From contig OY760686.1 in assembly GCA_963663865.1 (NCBI GenBank), positions 2,816,001 through 2,880,000 of the forward strand: 64,000 bases of DNA. The letters run 5' to 3'. The notes below the pieces were generated by a model, which searched no databases, was not told where the DNA came from, and worked only from the letters and a program-made list of their open reading frames with translations. This document shows positions 1 through 9,897 of this stretch, one piece after another. This stretch comes from Spirochaetota bacterium. GTDB taxonomy: Bacteria > Spirochaetota > UBA4802 > UBA5550. Position 1 is the first letter of the stretch, and each line of letters begins with the position of its first letter. The position numbers and the translations under genes are program-made.

Positions 1-10
1 CTTATAAGGC

Positions 11-36
11 TTGAGGCCCGGTTAAACAGGCCTCAA
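11..36 (-). terminator. Hairpin downstream of trxA
   Basis: TTGAGGCC...GGCCTCAA inverted repeat just past the trxA stop; no strong U-tract. Confidence 0.45.
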
Positions 37-62
37 CAGTCGAACAATTATCATGCAGTTTA

Positions 63-416
63 TCAGTTTACCTTCAATACGTCCCTGAAAGCCTCAACAA
101 AGCCGCTCTTTGGCATTGCTCCTCTGGCCATTTGAGGCTGTCCTTCTTTTGGCACGAAAAGAAGACTTGGAATGCTGCTCACACCGAAAAGAGAAGCCAG
201 CTCGGGCTGTTCTTCAGTATTTACCTTGTATATTTTCAATTTACCTTCATATTCTTTAGAGAGTTCGTCAAGAACAGGCGAAATCATCTTGCATGGGCCA
301 CACCAGTCAGCATAAAAATCTATAAGACATGGCAGATCGCCTGAATAATTCCAGTCCTTATTCTCCTCGAAATTGAACACCTTTTCCTTAAATGTCTCTA
401 CGTTTAGGTTCTCCAT
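63..416 (-). CDS. trxA: Thioredoxin
   Basis: DFYADWCGPCK active site, SIP cis-proline loop, 117 aa, AGGAG RBS. Confidence 0.95.
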   Translation of the reverse strand: MENLNVETFKEKVFNFEENKDWNYSGDLPCLIDFYADWCGPCKMISPVLDELSKEYEGKLKIYKVNTEEQPELASLFGVSSIPSLLFVPKEGQPQMARGAMPKSGFVEAFRDVLKVN

Positions 417-588
417 GGCACACTCCTGAGTAGTTTTAGTTGTTTAGAATATATTAAACTTCCATCTTCCCGTCAACCCTGTTTCGTTTTTTTTACAATT
501 CACGTGCTCAGTATCTGTCACAATTATGCAAAAAACATCTAAAACACCGCCGTCCTGTACCGATAATAATGTATCAGGAGGTACCCAT

Positions 589-717
589 ATGAATGCAAAC
601 AGAATTGATTCACTTTTCAGCGAAGGCATGAGCCTGATGAACAGGGGAATGTACAAAGAAGCCGCGTCCTGCTTTGAGAAAGCCCGCGAACTGACACTCA
701 AGATGAATGTAAGATGA
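589..717 (+). CDS. Small 42-aa single-TPR-like protein
   Basis: AGGAGG RBS before ATG at 589; LFSEGMSLMNRGMYKEAASCFEKAREL fits the TPR pattern (G..Y..A...F..A). Confidence 0.55.
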   Translation: MNANRIDSLFSEGMSLMNRGMYKEAASCFEKARELTLKMNVR

Positions 718-806
718 ATCCGGAGACAGGGCGGCCTTTGAACGCCGCCCGCACTCCTGCAAGCTCCAAATTTAACTAAAATAATTCGCTTCATCCCGGA
801 AATAAA

Positions 807-1331
807 ATGCCTCATACAGGATATGTCCATCTCTACACAGGCGGCGGAAAGGGCAAGACGACCGCAGCGGTTGGACTTGCTTTCAGAGCGGCCGGCCACG
901 GAATGAAAAGCCTGATAATTCAATTCATGAAAGGCCGGGAGACCGGTGAGGCAGTTTATGCCGAAAATTCCGGCGGAATAGTGTCGATTGAACAGTATGG
1001 AGAAAAAGCATTTATTGACCCTCGAGGCGCCAGCCCGCACCAAATCGATTTATTCATGGTTGGATATAAACGCGCCGAAAAGGTTCTGTCATCAGGGAAA
1101 TACGGGCTGATCGTACTTGATGAGTTAGCCTCGTGCCCTGCCGCGGGGCTTGCTTCTACTGAAGACATCATCAGGCTTATAAAAGGCAAAAGAGACAGAA
1201 CAGAACTCGTAATTACAGGAAGAAACGCCCCTGCGGAACTATACCCTTTCTGCGATCTGATTACTGAGATGAAGGAAGTAAAGCACTACTACAATACTGG
1301 AGTTAAATCAAGGGAGGGAATTGAATATTAG
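807..1331 (+). CDS. cobO: Cob(I)yrinic acid a,c-diamide adenosyltransferase (CobO/BtuR family)
   Basis: VHLYTGGGKGKTTAAVG, IQFMKG, LIVLDE, ELVITGR and C-terminal KHYY...GIEY motifs. Confidence 0.92.
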   Translation: MPHTGYVHLYTGGGKGKTTAAVGLAFRAAGHGMKSLIIQFMKGRETGEAVYAENSGGIVSIEQYGEKAFIDPRGASPHQIDLFMVGYKRAEKVLSSGKYGLIVLDELASCPAAGLASTEDIIRLIKGKRDRTELVITGRNAPAELYPFCDLITEMKEVKHYYNTGVKSREGIEY

Positions 1332-1343
1332 TCCGACTCCGAT

Positions 1344-2501
1344 TTAAGCCCCGCTTTCCATCTTTTTGCAGTTCTTCCTGAGATCCGTCGGCTTTACCTT
1401 CATCATGCTGGTAAAGATACGGTTAAAGGTGCTTATGTTTTCAAAACCCACTGCAAAAGCTATATCTACAATTTTATTATCAGTATCAAGTATCAGCCTT
1501 GAGGCCTCCTCAATTCTCAGCCGATTGATGTACTCGTTCATCTTCTCGCCGGTATAAATCTGGAAATACCTTCCCAGATTGTCCTTATTCAACCCGACCA
1601 TTGTCGCAAGCCCTTCTCGCGATATGTTTCTTCTGAAGTTTTCATTTATGTAGTCAATAGCCTGCTTCAGCTTTTCTTCAGTAGATTCGGAAACGCCCCA
1701 CGACAGCTTGCGCGGATCCGGCACACCGTCTTCTTTCCTTGTCATCTTCATCACAAAGATGATTATAAGGAAGAGTCCGCTCACAAGAGCACCCGCTACG
1801 GCAAAGTTTATAAATGAATTCAGGCGGACAGATGAGAGATTAACAAATGCAGCTTCAAGCGATCCGATTTTAACGCCCCTGTACTCAAAATCCCGTTTAA
1901 GAAAAAAGAGTCCCTGCTCTCCGGATTTTTTGTCACGGGCAATATATTCCTTACCGTTTAAATCCTTAACCACGATTCTTTCAACAAAAGGGTCTCTGAA
2001 AAACGACTCAATACTGCGGGTCATAGCATAGCGGTCATAATCCCAAAAGCTGGCAAGATTGGCCTTATATATCTGATCAAAGAGAAGCTCTGCCCTCTCC
2101 CACCTTGAGTTGTCGGAGACTACAAGGATAAGCCGCCCATATTCCCTGTCATTGGACGCCTTGATGGACCTCTCAATCTGGACACTTCTGGAAAAAGACA
2201 TGTCGCCCGAATAATCAATTACAGTATCGCCAAGATTGTTGGTGACCTTAATCCGCGCTATGTCACGGTCACTGTAGAAGCTCTTCAGTGCTTCCGGTAT
2301 GCTGAGTGGATTGCTGACAAGCAGTCCGCTGACATTTGAAACGATCGTCTCGCCCACAGATTCGGCCTTCTTCTTGAGGAGCACATCGCCGCTGTTCTTC
2401 TCGTAGACGAGCACCATCCCGTATATAAAGAAAGCTATGAATATCAAACCTGTTAATGAAAGGACTATACCTGATTCGAAGTTTATTTTTCTGATATTCA
2501 A
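1344..2501 (-). CDS. Membrane-anchored AraC-family regulator with extracytoplasmic sensor region
   Basis: Two TM segments; C-terminal AraC HTH (YINRLRIEEA...IVDIAFAVGFENISTFNRIF...P). Confidence 0.88.
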   Translation of the reverse strand: MNIRKINFESGIVLSLTGLIFIAFFIYGMVLVYEKNSGDVLLKKKAESVGETIVSNVSGLLVSNPLSIPEALKSFYSDRDIARIKVTNNLGDTVIDYSGDMSFSRSVQIERSIKASNDREYGRLILVVSDNSRWERAELLFDQIYKANLASFWDYDRYAMTRSIESFFRDPFVERIVVKDLNGKEYIARDKKSGEQGLFFLKRDFEYRGVKIGSLEAAFVNLSSVRLNSFINFAVAGALVSGLFLIIIFVMKMTRKEDGVPDPRKLSWGVSESTEEKLKQAIDYINENFRRNISREGLATMVGLNKDNLGRYFQIYTGEKMNEYINRLRIEEASRLILDTDNKIVDIAFAVGFENISTFNRIFTSMMKVKPTDLRKNCKKMESGA

Positions 2502-2521
2502 CTGAACACTCCTGTGCTTTT

Positions 2522-3694
2522 TTACTTTTGAATAAGTCTGTCAACACTGAAGGCGTATCTTCCCATTCGAGGGTTATGGATACGTGAAAACCGCCTGAAA
2601 TCATATATATGCTGATTTTCTTCAGAAAGCGCATGCTTGTAGTACAGGGCATTTGACTGATCGACTGCTTTCATTTTCTCAGAATGAAGAGAAACACCGT
2701 ATCGGGCGAAATCACTTCCATTCAGGTAATCATACAACATTACCAGAGCGTAGGCACCTTCCATATAATGCCCTCCAATAGAAAGCTCCATTTCACCGGA
2801 GAGGACGCGCTCAAATACGTTGCTCAACCAGTCCACTCCCCCGACAATTACATCGCGGCCAGGAACAAGGCCCATTTCCCTGGATTCGTCGATGACCCCA
2901 AAAGCGATATTGTCGCAGGCGCACCAGAAAACATTTGCCTCGGGATACCTTGTCTCCTTCACACTCCTGAACTTATCGCGCGATACATCATATTCGTAAC
3001 CGCCGGTTGAGAAAATCTGCTTAAGCTCAATTCCAGGCATCTCAGATACAGCTTTCTTCAGGCCCTTAATCCGCTCAACTGAACCGTAATCATGGAAGGT
3101 GCCTGCAAATGCCACCATTGATATCCTGTTTATTCCCTTAAGCCGTGCCCTTCTTACAAGCTCCTTCGCGAGGAGATAGCCGACATACTGATCGTCCGGA
3201 ACAATCTCCCCCACCCAGTACTTATACCTCTCGCGGGGTGCTCCGGCTTTTTCCTCTGAATCGGGAACAGTCGAGTTATACGTGACCATCGGTATCCTCA
3301 ATTCCTCAGCGATCTTAAGGATGTTAAGAGTCGCGGCGCCGCCCCCGGCACACAGAAAGCCGTCGGGGCTGTACCTGTCGCTGAATTCTCTTAAAAAAGA
3401 TCTCAGCTCTGAATATATGAGAGGGGTAGAAACAATCTTTATTTCCACATCAAGGTTCGAGCCGGCTTTTTGAATGAGTCTGTTTACCTTCGAAAAGAAA
3501 GGATTATAGAGCTCTTCCTTCTCTACATTGCTCCAGAAGTCCTCACACAGAACAGCGACCTTCAGCTTTCTCCTTGTATTACCGGGCTCGGGGTCAGCAT
3601 TTAACGGGCAGAGTTTAAGAAACGACGTCACTGGAAATAACATCAACATTATCAATACACTAACACCGATAAAGATTTTTCTTTTAGTCAACAA
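2522..3694 (-). CDS. Periplasmic solute-binding protein (sugar-binding class I fold)
   Basis: Signal-like N-terminus; ERIKGLK, WCACDNIAFG, VGGVDW and SIGGHY motifs; no permease or ATPase adjacent. Confidence 0.8.
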   Translation of the reverse strand: MLTKRKIFIGVSVLIMLMLFPVTSFLKLCPLNADPEPGNTRRKLKVAVLCEDFWSNVEKEELYNPFFSKVNRLIQKAGSNLDVEIKIVSTPLIYSELRSFLREFSDRYSPDGFLCAGGGAATLNILKIAEELRIPMVTYNSTVPDSEEKAGAPRERYKYWVGEIVPDDQYVGYLLAKELVRRARLKGINRISMVAFAGTFHDYGSVERIKGLKKAVSEMPGIELKQIFSTGGYEYDVSRDKFRSVKETRYPEANVFWCACDNIAFGVIDESREMGLVPGRDVIVGGVDWLSNVFERVLSGEMELSIGGHYMEGAYALVMLYDYLNGSDFARYGVSLHSEKMKAVDQSNALYYKHALSEENQHIYDFRRFSRIHNPRMGRYAFSVDRLIQK

Positions 3695-4255
3695 TCCAGT
3701 ACCTACAGGGCTTATTTTTTGATAATCACACAGGCATCAGGCAATCACAATCAGATTCTCGTAGCAAGAGTTTTATCGTACCGGCCAACACAAATCCTTT
3801 CTTGATTTTTGATATCAATTTTCGGTTATACCATATTATCAATCGGGATTTATGGACAACACTATAGAACATCTGCGGGTAAACAAATATGTTCAATCAT
3901 TAAGACAGGAACAACAAGTAATAGACATACTCTTCTTAAAACTGATGACCAGGCCGGCAAACATCTCCTGCTGCGTTTCACCGTCCTGTAATAACAGAGA
4001 TCACCAGCTCCAATCTTTAAGGTTCGCATTTCCAACCAGTCCGTTCTCATCAGATAATAATAATTCTCAATAATTGATATACCAAGTCATCATTAGAAAA
4101 ACATTAATATATGTGCAAATATATTTAAAATTTAGTACTAATCAATAAACATAAATATTTTTTTGTTCAGTGGCTTGCCCACTCCCACTCTGCGCTGTAT
4201 CGGGACAGCGGAAACATGCTTTCCCGGCACGATATAATTTTAGGAGGACGTACAA

Positions 4256-6157
4256 GTGAAAAAGTTTTTCTCAATGTGCTCGTGGGCATTAATGCTCACA
4301 TTTTTTATGGCATTCGGATTTAGCGGATGCGGCGATGACGGCGACGATGAAGACGAAGTCACCGTTCAGTACACATTAACCATCAATACACCTACCGGCG
4401 GTACTATCACCGCTTCTCCCGCCTCAGCGGACAGCAAGTACGACGAGGGCACAGTCGTAACTCTTACAGCCGCACCTACTGACTCGGCAGCGATGATGTT
4501 CGAGGCATGGTCCGGGGATGCTTCCGGAACCACAAGCCCCACAACTATCACTATGAATGCCGACAAAACTGTCAGCTGTACATTCACTGAAGTACCGGAC
4601 GAGACCTACACTCTCACAGTCACTGCGCCGACAAACGGAACTATTACCCTTGATCCGGCAACTGGGCCGTATGCAGCGGGCGCTGAGGTTACAGTAACGG
4701 CTGCCGCCTCAAACGGCTATATGTTCACCGGATGGACAGGAAAGCTTTCCGGCTCAACTAATCCATCAGCAATTACTATGAATGAAGACAAAACCATAGG
4801 AGCAACATTCGCAGACGCGAATACCGGAACTTATAAGCTGGTGGTTGAAGGCTTTGACTGGGGACCTGCTGTTACAAAGGTCATCCTGACTCTTGAAGAA
4901 GCAGTCACTGCTGCTGAAGTTGGCGCTGATGATTTCACAGTTTCAGTTAGCATGAGCAGCTGGGGCACCCCTACAGTTGCCGAGCGTGACGTAACTGACG
5001 CTTATACTTCTGATGCAAGTGGTACTGAGGTCACAACAGACAGCAAATATGTTACTATTGAGATGCCTGTAAGCCCAAGCCTGTCAGCGGGATCTCCATT
5101 TACCTATGACTTCTCAAGCGGAAGAAACAATTGGGCAGATCCTTACGATTATGAGATAGTATCATCTTCTCTCACAATAATGGCCAGCGAGTTTACAGGA
5201 AGGATTTCACCTGTTGCCGACCTTTTCGCCATGGACACTCACGTCTATACTGACGCCACACACGGCGAGATCACCCTGCACTACGCTACGTTTAATCCGG
5301 CTTCAGACGCCGGAACAAATCCTCTTGTTATATGGCTGCATGGCGCCGGAGAAGGAGGTACCGATCCATACATCTCACTGCTTGGCAATAAGGTCACCAA
5401 TCTTGCATCAACAGAGATTCAGACTATTTTTGGAGGGGCTTACATACTTGTTCCGCAGGCTCCAACCATGTGGATGGATAACGGAGCCGGGGCTTATACA
5501 ACTGACGGAACTTCCATGTTCTCAAACGCGCTCATGGACCTCATTACAACCTATGTCAGCGGGAATGCCGACATTGACCCCAACAGGGTTTACATAGGCG
5601 GCTGCTCAAACGGTGGATTCATGACGATGAGAATGATCATCGACAATCCAACATACTTTGCTGCTGCATACCCGATCTGTGAAGCGTTAGCTGATGAGAA
5701 CATTACTGTAGACAATATTAACGCGATAAAGGATCTTCCCATCTGGTTCACTCATTCAGAAAACGACTCAACAGTAAAAATAACATACTGCAATAGTTCT
5801 GACTACACGAATAATACTACAACTTGGCAGGACGCAGATGGGCAAACACTGGCTGATCAGTCACAAAGAGTACATATTGACGACTACACACGCGCGGCCT
5901 ACAAACGCCTTATAGCGGCTGGCGCGACCAATGTTCACTGGTCATATTTCGGCTATGTCACTGACACCAGCGGAAAGTATTTCCAGGCAGATGGAACTAC
6001 CCCCTACAATTATATGGGGCACTGGTCATGGATCTACACACTCAATAATGAGTGCACTGAGTGGTACACATATCCTGATAAGAACGCAGCCGACGCTACA
6101 GCATTTGTAGATTCAGGAACAACGATTATGGAGTGGCTCGCAGAACAAACCAAGTAA
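4256..6157 (+). CDS. Lipoprotein esterase, copy 1: two InlB B-repeat-like domains, Ig-like domain, alpha/beta hydrolase
   Basis: Lipobox FSGC; two repeats of YTLT...G.....P....Y..G..VT.TA....F..W.G; LVIWLHGAGEG; nucleophile elbow GCSNGG; HSEND; C-terminal GHWSW. Confidence 0.85.
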   Translation: MKKFFSMCSWALMLTFFMAFGFSGCGDDGDDEDEVTVQYTLTINTPTGGTITASPASADSKYDEGTVVTLTAAPTDSAAMMFEAWSGDASGTTSPTTITMNADKTVSCTFTEVPDETYTLTVTAPTNGTITLDPATGPYAAGAEVTVTAAASNGYMFTGWTGKLSGSTNPSAITMNEDKTIGATFADANTGTYKLVVEGFDWGPAVTKVILTLEEAVTAAEVGADDFTVSVSMSSWGTPTVAERDVTDAYTSDASGTEVTTDSKYVTIEMPVSPSLSAGSPFTYDFSSGRNNWADPYDYEIVSSSLTIMASEFTGRISPVADLFAMDTHVYTDATHGEITLHYATFNPASDAGTNPLVIWLHGAGEGGTDPYISLLGNKVTNLASTEIQTIFGGAYILVPQAPTMWMDNGAGAYTTDGTSMFSNALMDLITTYVSGNADIDPNRVYIGGCSNGGFMTMRMIIDNPTYFAAAYPICEALADENITVDNINAIKDLPIWFTHSENDSTVKITYCNSSDYTNNTTTWQDADGQTLADQSQRVHIDDYTRAAYKRLIAAGATNVHWSYFGYVTDTSGKYFQADGTTPYNYMGHWSWIYTLNNECTEWYTYPDKNAADATAFVDSGTTIMEWLAEQTK

Positions 6158-6161
6158 AATA

Positions 6162-6198
6162 ACTATGGAGGGGGCTGTTTTAAGGCCTCCTCCATAGT
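6162..6198 (+). terminator. Hairpin after esterase copy 1
   Basis: ACTATGGAGG...CCTCCATAGT inverted repeat directly after the stop. Confidence 0.6.
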
Positions 6199-6451
6199 CA
6201 CTTCTGATAATTTGAATTCACTCAATTTTCTCATCAATTATTATCAACTTCTTATTTTCCTGTTATCAATTATTCATAAGACTAATTAGAATGATTCTGT
6301 TATCATTGTTTTAATTCTAACATTTTATCAGTTTTTTTCTGAGCCAGTATTCTTACACTATTGGGTATTAACAACAGCGATCTCGGTTTCCCTTTGTCCT
6401 TTACCTTGCACATTAGATTTTATCTAATATATTTTTTAGGAGGACGTTCAC

Positions 6452-8350
6452 ATGAAAAGACCGTTTTCTCTCTTGGCCTGGGCTTTGCTCGTAATCAGCC
6501 CTCTCTTCTTCGCTGCCGGATGCGGCGATGACGGCGACGATGACGACGAAGTCACCGTTCAGTACACATTAACCATCAATACACCTACCGGCGGTACTAT
6601 CACCGCTTCTCCCGCCTCAGCGGACGGCAAGTACGACGAGGGCACAGTCGTAACTCTTACAGCCGCACCTACTGACTCGGCAGCGATGATGTTCGAGGCA
6701 TGGTCCGGGGATGCTTCCGGAACCACAAGCCCTACGACGATCACTATGAACGCTGACAAAACTGTCGGATGTACATTCACTGAGGTCCCGGATGAGACTT
6801 ACACTCTCACGGTAACAACACCTACAAACGGTACTATTACCCTTGACCCGGCAACAGGACCATACGCCGCGGGTACCGAGGTTACAGTAACTGCTGCCGC
6901 CTCAAACGGCTATATGTTCACCGGATGGACAGGAGATCTTTCCGGCTCAACTAATCCATCAGCAATTACTATGAATGAAGACAAAACCATAGGAGCAACA
7001 TTCGTGGACGCTAATACCGGAACTTATAAGCTGGTAGTTGAAGGCTTCGACTGGGGACCTGCTGTTACAAAAGTCATACTGACTCTTGAAGAAGCAGTCA
7101 CTGCTGCCGAAGTTGGCGCTGACGATTTCACAGTTTCAGTTAGCATGAGCAGCTGGGGCACCCCTACAGTTGCAGAGCGTGATGTAACTGACGCCTATAC
7201 TTCTGATGCAAATGGTAATGAGGTTACAACAAATAGCCAATATGTTACTATTGAGATGCCTGTACACCCGAGCCTGTCAGCGGGATCTCCATTTAGCTAT
7301 GACTTCGCAAGCGGAAGAAACAGCTGGGCAGATCCTTACGATTATGAGATAGTATCATCATCTCTCACAATAATGGCCAGCGAGTTTACAGGAAGGATTT
7401 CACCTGTTGCCGATCTTTTTGCCATGGACACTCACGTCTATACTGACACTACACACGGCGAGATCACTCTGCACTATGCAACGTTTGATCCGGCTTCAGA
7501 CGCTGGAACCAATCCTCTTGTAATATGGCTGCACGGTGCCGGAGAAGGAGGTACAGATCCGTACATCACACTGCTTGGCAACAAAGTAGTTAATCTTGCC
7601 TCAACAGAGATTCAGACTATTTTTGGCGGCGCTTACATACTTGCTCCGCAGGCTCCAACCATGTGGATGGACAATGGAACCGGAGCTTACTCAACTGACG
7701 GTACTTCCATGTTCTCAAATGCGCTAATGGACCTCATTACAACCTATGTAAGCGGGAATGCCGACATTGACCCCAACAGGGTTTACATAGGCGGCTGCTC
7801 AAACGGTGGATTCATGACAATGAGAATGATCATCGACAATCCAACATACTTTGCTGCCGCATACCCAATCTGTGAAGCGTTGGCAGACGAGAACATTACC
7901 GCCGACAATATTAACGCGATAAAGGACCTTCCTATCTGGTTTACGCATTCTGAAAACGACTCCACAGTGGGCATAACGCAGTGTTCTCTAACTGACTATA
8001 CAACATGGGGAGTAACCTGGAACGACGCTGACGGAAACGCTCTGGCTGACCAGACTCAGAGGGTACACATTGAAGACTACACACGAGCGGCTTACAGGCG
8101 TCTTATAGCGGCTGGCGCTACCGATGTTCACTGGTCATATTTCGGCTATGTTACCGATACCAGCGGAGAGGTTTTCCAGGCAAACGGAACTACCCCTTAC
8201 AACTACATGGGGCACTGGTCATGGCTCTACACTCTCAACAATGAGTGCACTCAGTGGTACACAGATCCTGACAAAAACGCAGCCGACGCTACAGCGTTTG
8301 TAGATTCAGGGACAACGATTATGGAGTGGTTGGCAAGTAAGTCGAAGTAA
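6452..8350 (+). CDS. Lipoprotein esterase, copy 2 (tandem paralog of 4256..6157)
   Basis: Same architecture and motifs; lipobox AAGC; shared TTTTAGGAGGACGT RBS context. Confidence 0.85.
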   Translation: MKRPFSLLAWALLVISPLFFAAGCGDDGDDDDEVTVQYTLTINTPTGGTITASPASADGKYDEGTVVTLTAAPTDSAAMMFEAWSGDASGTTSPTTITMNADKTVGCTFTEVPDETYTLTVTTPTNGTITLDPATGPYAAGTEVTVTAAASNGYMFTGWTGDLSGSTNPSAITMNEDKTIGATFVDANTGTYKLVVEGFDWGPAVTKVILTLEEAVTAAEVGADDFTVSVSMSSWGTPTVAERDVTDAYTSDANGNEVTTNSQYVTIEMPVHPSLSAGSPFSYDFASGRNSWADPYDYEIVSSSLTIMASEFTGRISPVADLFAMDTHVYTDTTHGEITLHYATFDPASDAGTNPLVIWLHGAGEGGTDPYITLLGNKVVNLASTEIQTIFGGAYILAPQAPTMWMDNGTGAYSTDGTSMFSNALMDLITTYVSGNADIDPNRVYIGGCSNGGFMTMRMIIDNPTYFAAAYPICEALADENITADNINAIKDLPIWFTHSENDSTVGITQCSLTDYTTWGVTWNDADGNALADQTQRVHIEDYTRAAYRRLIAAGATDVHWSYFGYVTDTSGEVFQANGTTPYNYMGHWSWLYTLNNECTQWYTDPDKNAADATAFVDSGTTIMEWLASKSK

Positions 8351-8361
8351 ATATGTTTGTG

Positions 8362-8398
8362 AAGGGGGTGTCTTAAAAGGCAGCCCCTTTTGTTTTTT
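8362..8398 (+). terminator. Rho-independent terminator
   Basis: AAGGGG...CCCCTT stem followed by a T-rich tract. Confidence 0.7.
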
Positions 8399-8402
8399 AT
8401 AT

Positions 8403-9641
8403 TTGAAATTTATTGAGGTTATAGCTTTGGGGAAAAGGTTAATAATTGTTGCAGTTTCTGTGATTGGTTTAATTATTTCTTTAATGCTTTTATTGTGGCA
8501 TTACAACCCGCAAATAAACATTGAAGGTTTTTCTTGCGGTTCAAATAGTGGTTGTGGTAAGCTTGTTTCTTCAAATTACTCAACGTTTCTTAATATTCCT
8601 TTACCTTTTTTTGGTATATATTTATATATTTTTACTCTTTATACATCGATTATTCAGTTAGTAATAAACTATAACGAAGAGATGAATAGATTGCTTGATC
8701 TAGTCTTCCTCTATGTATACATGTTTGTTTTATTTGCCGATTTAGTTCTATTCAGTAAAATGATACAAAATGATGCGTATTGTTTATTTTGTTTAGGTAC
8801 GTACGTAGTTAATTTGATATTATTTATTATCTACTTGATAATGGTAATAATGTTTTCTTCCTGCAAAATACGGTTTCTTTTCAAACAATTCGGTATTTTT
8901 AAGAATAAAGATGTTAGGGCAATTAGCATTATTTATTTGGTTTCAATATTTTTAATGATTCCAGCTGTTGATTCAATTAATATTTACATTAGAAGCCATG
9001 CAGCTAGAAAACGTTCGACACATGTTTTAAATAATAACATTTCAGATCTTGCAAAAAAGACAACTCTTGATACTTCATTTTTGCAAGATTCACTTATTTC
9101 TATCGGATCTAAAAAACCCGTCGTAACGATATGGCTTTTTTCAGATTTCTTATGTTCACATTGCTTGGGATGGCATGATATTGAAAACAGAATATTGGAG
9201 GAGTATAAGGATCGTGTCGCTATTAAATACTATTTGTACCCAATGGACAGCCGCTGTAACAAATATGTCACCAGAACGATCAACCAATATTCGTGTGAAG
9301 TCAATAGTGCTATGATTCTTGCCGCTCAAACTGGTCTGTATGATAAATTGATTAAAAAATATTTTAAAATTGTAAATCGGGGCGGAGGAAGGTTTTCTGA
9401 GAAGGATTTGGAACTCGTCGATGATTTTTTTAAAAATAACGGGATCAAGCCTGATTACAGAAATAATGCAGACATCAGAGATTATTTGATGAAGAATATT
9501 GAATACGCCACTAGACTTGCGATTTTTACCACACCAACCATAATCATCAACAATCATCCTGTTAGGGGATTATTCGAATATGATGTCTATAAAAGGATTA
9601 TTGATTCAGAAATTCAGAAGCAAAAGAATAAGTATAGATAG
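8403..9641 (+). CDS. VKOR-DsbA fusion (disulfide bond formation protein)
   Basis: Loop cysteines C-GSNSG-C..LVSSNYS.FLNIP; TM helices with CLFC; thioredoxin-fold domain with FSDFLCSHC and TTPT. Confidence 0.88.
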   Translation: MKFIEVIALGKRLIIVAVSVIGLIISLMLLLWHYNPQINIEGFSCGSNSGCGKLVSSNYSTFLNIPLPFFGIYLYIFTLYTSIIQLVINYNEEMNRLLDLVFLYVYMFVLFADLVLFSKMIQNDAYCLFCLGTYVVNLILFIIYLIMVIMFSSCKIRFLFKQFGIFKNKDVRAISIIYLVSIFLMIPAVDSINIYIRSHAARKRSTHVLNNNISDLAKKTTLDTSFLQDSLISIGSKKPVVTIWLFSDFLCSHCLGWHDIENRILEEYKDRVAIKYYLYPMDSRCNKYVTRTINQYSCEVNSAMILAAQTGLYDKLIKKYFKIVNRGGGRFSEKDLELVDDFFKNNGIKPDYRNNADIRDYLMKNIEYATRLAIFTTPTIIINNHPVRGLFEYDVYKRIIDSEIQKQKNKYR

Positions 9642-9897
9642 GTTAATAAAACAATCTATTTTCATAAATAATTTTTCAGTTTAGGGCGGTGTTGATGGAC
9701 ATGAATTTGAGCGAGGATAAACATGTCTTGTAGAAATATAATCCCGAAGGAGTGCCGCAAAATGACATTTTTCTCTTCAACTTAAACACTAAGGTGTTTT
9801 GTCAAGGATATACTATCTAACATATTATATATTTTTAAATATTAAAAGGGATTACATAGGAACAAAAAAATATCAAATAAATTAATGGAGGAATACA

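Noticed and set aside
444-1043. Long antisense ORFs (also 23530-24393, 33008-33628, 31210-31815)
   Set aside because: Shadows of well-supported genes on the opposite strand, with no motifs.
4256-8350. Diversity-generating retroelement template/variable pair
   Set aside because: Differences are not adenine-specific, both copies are full genes, and there is no reverse transcriptase in the window.
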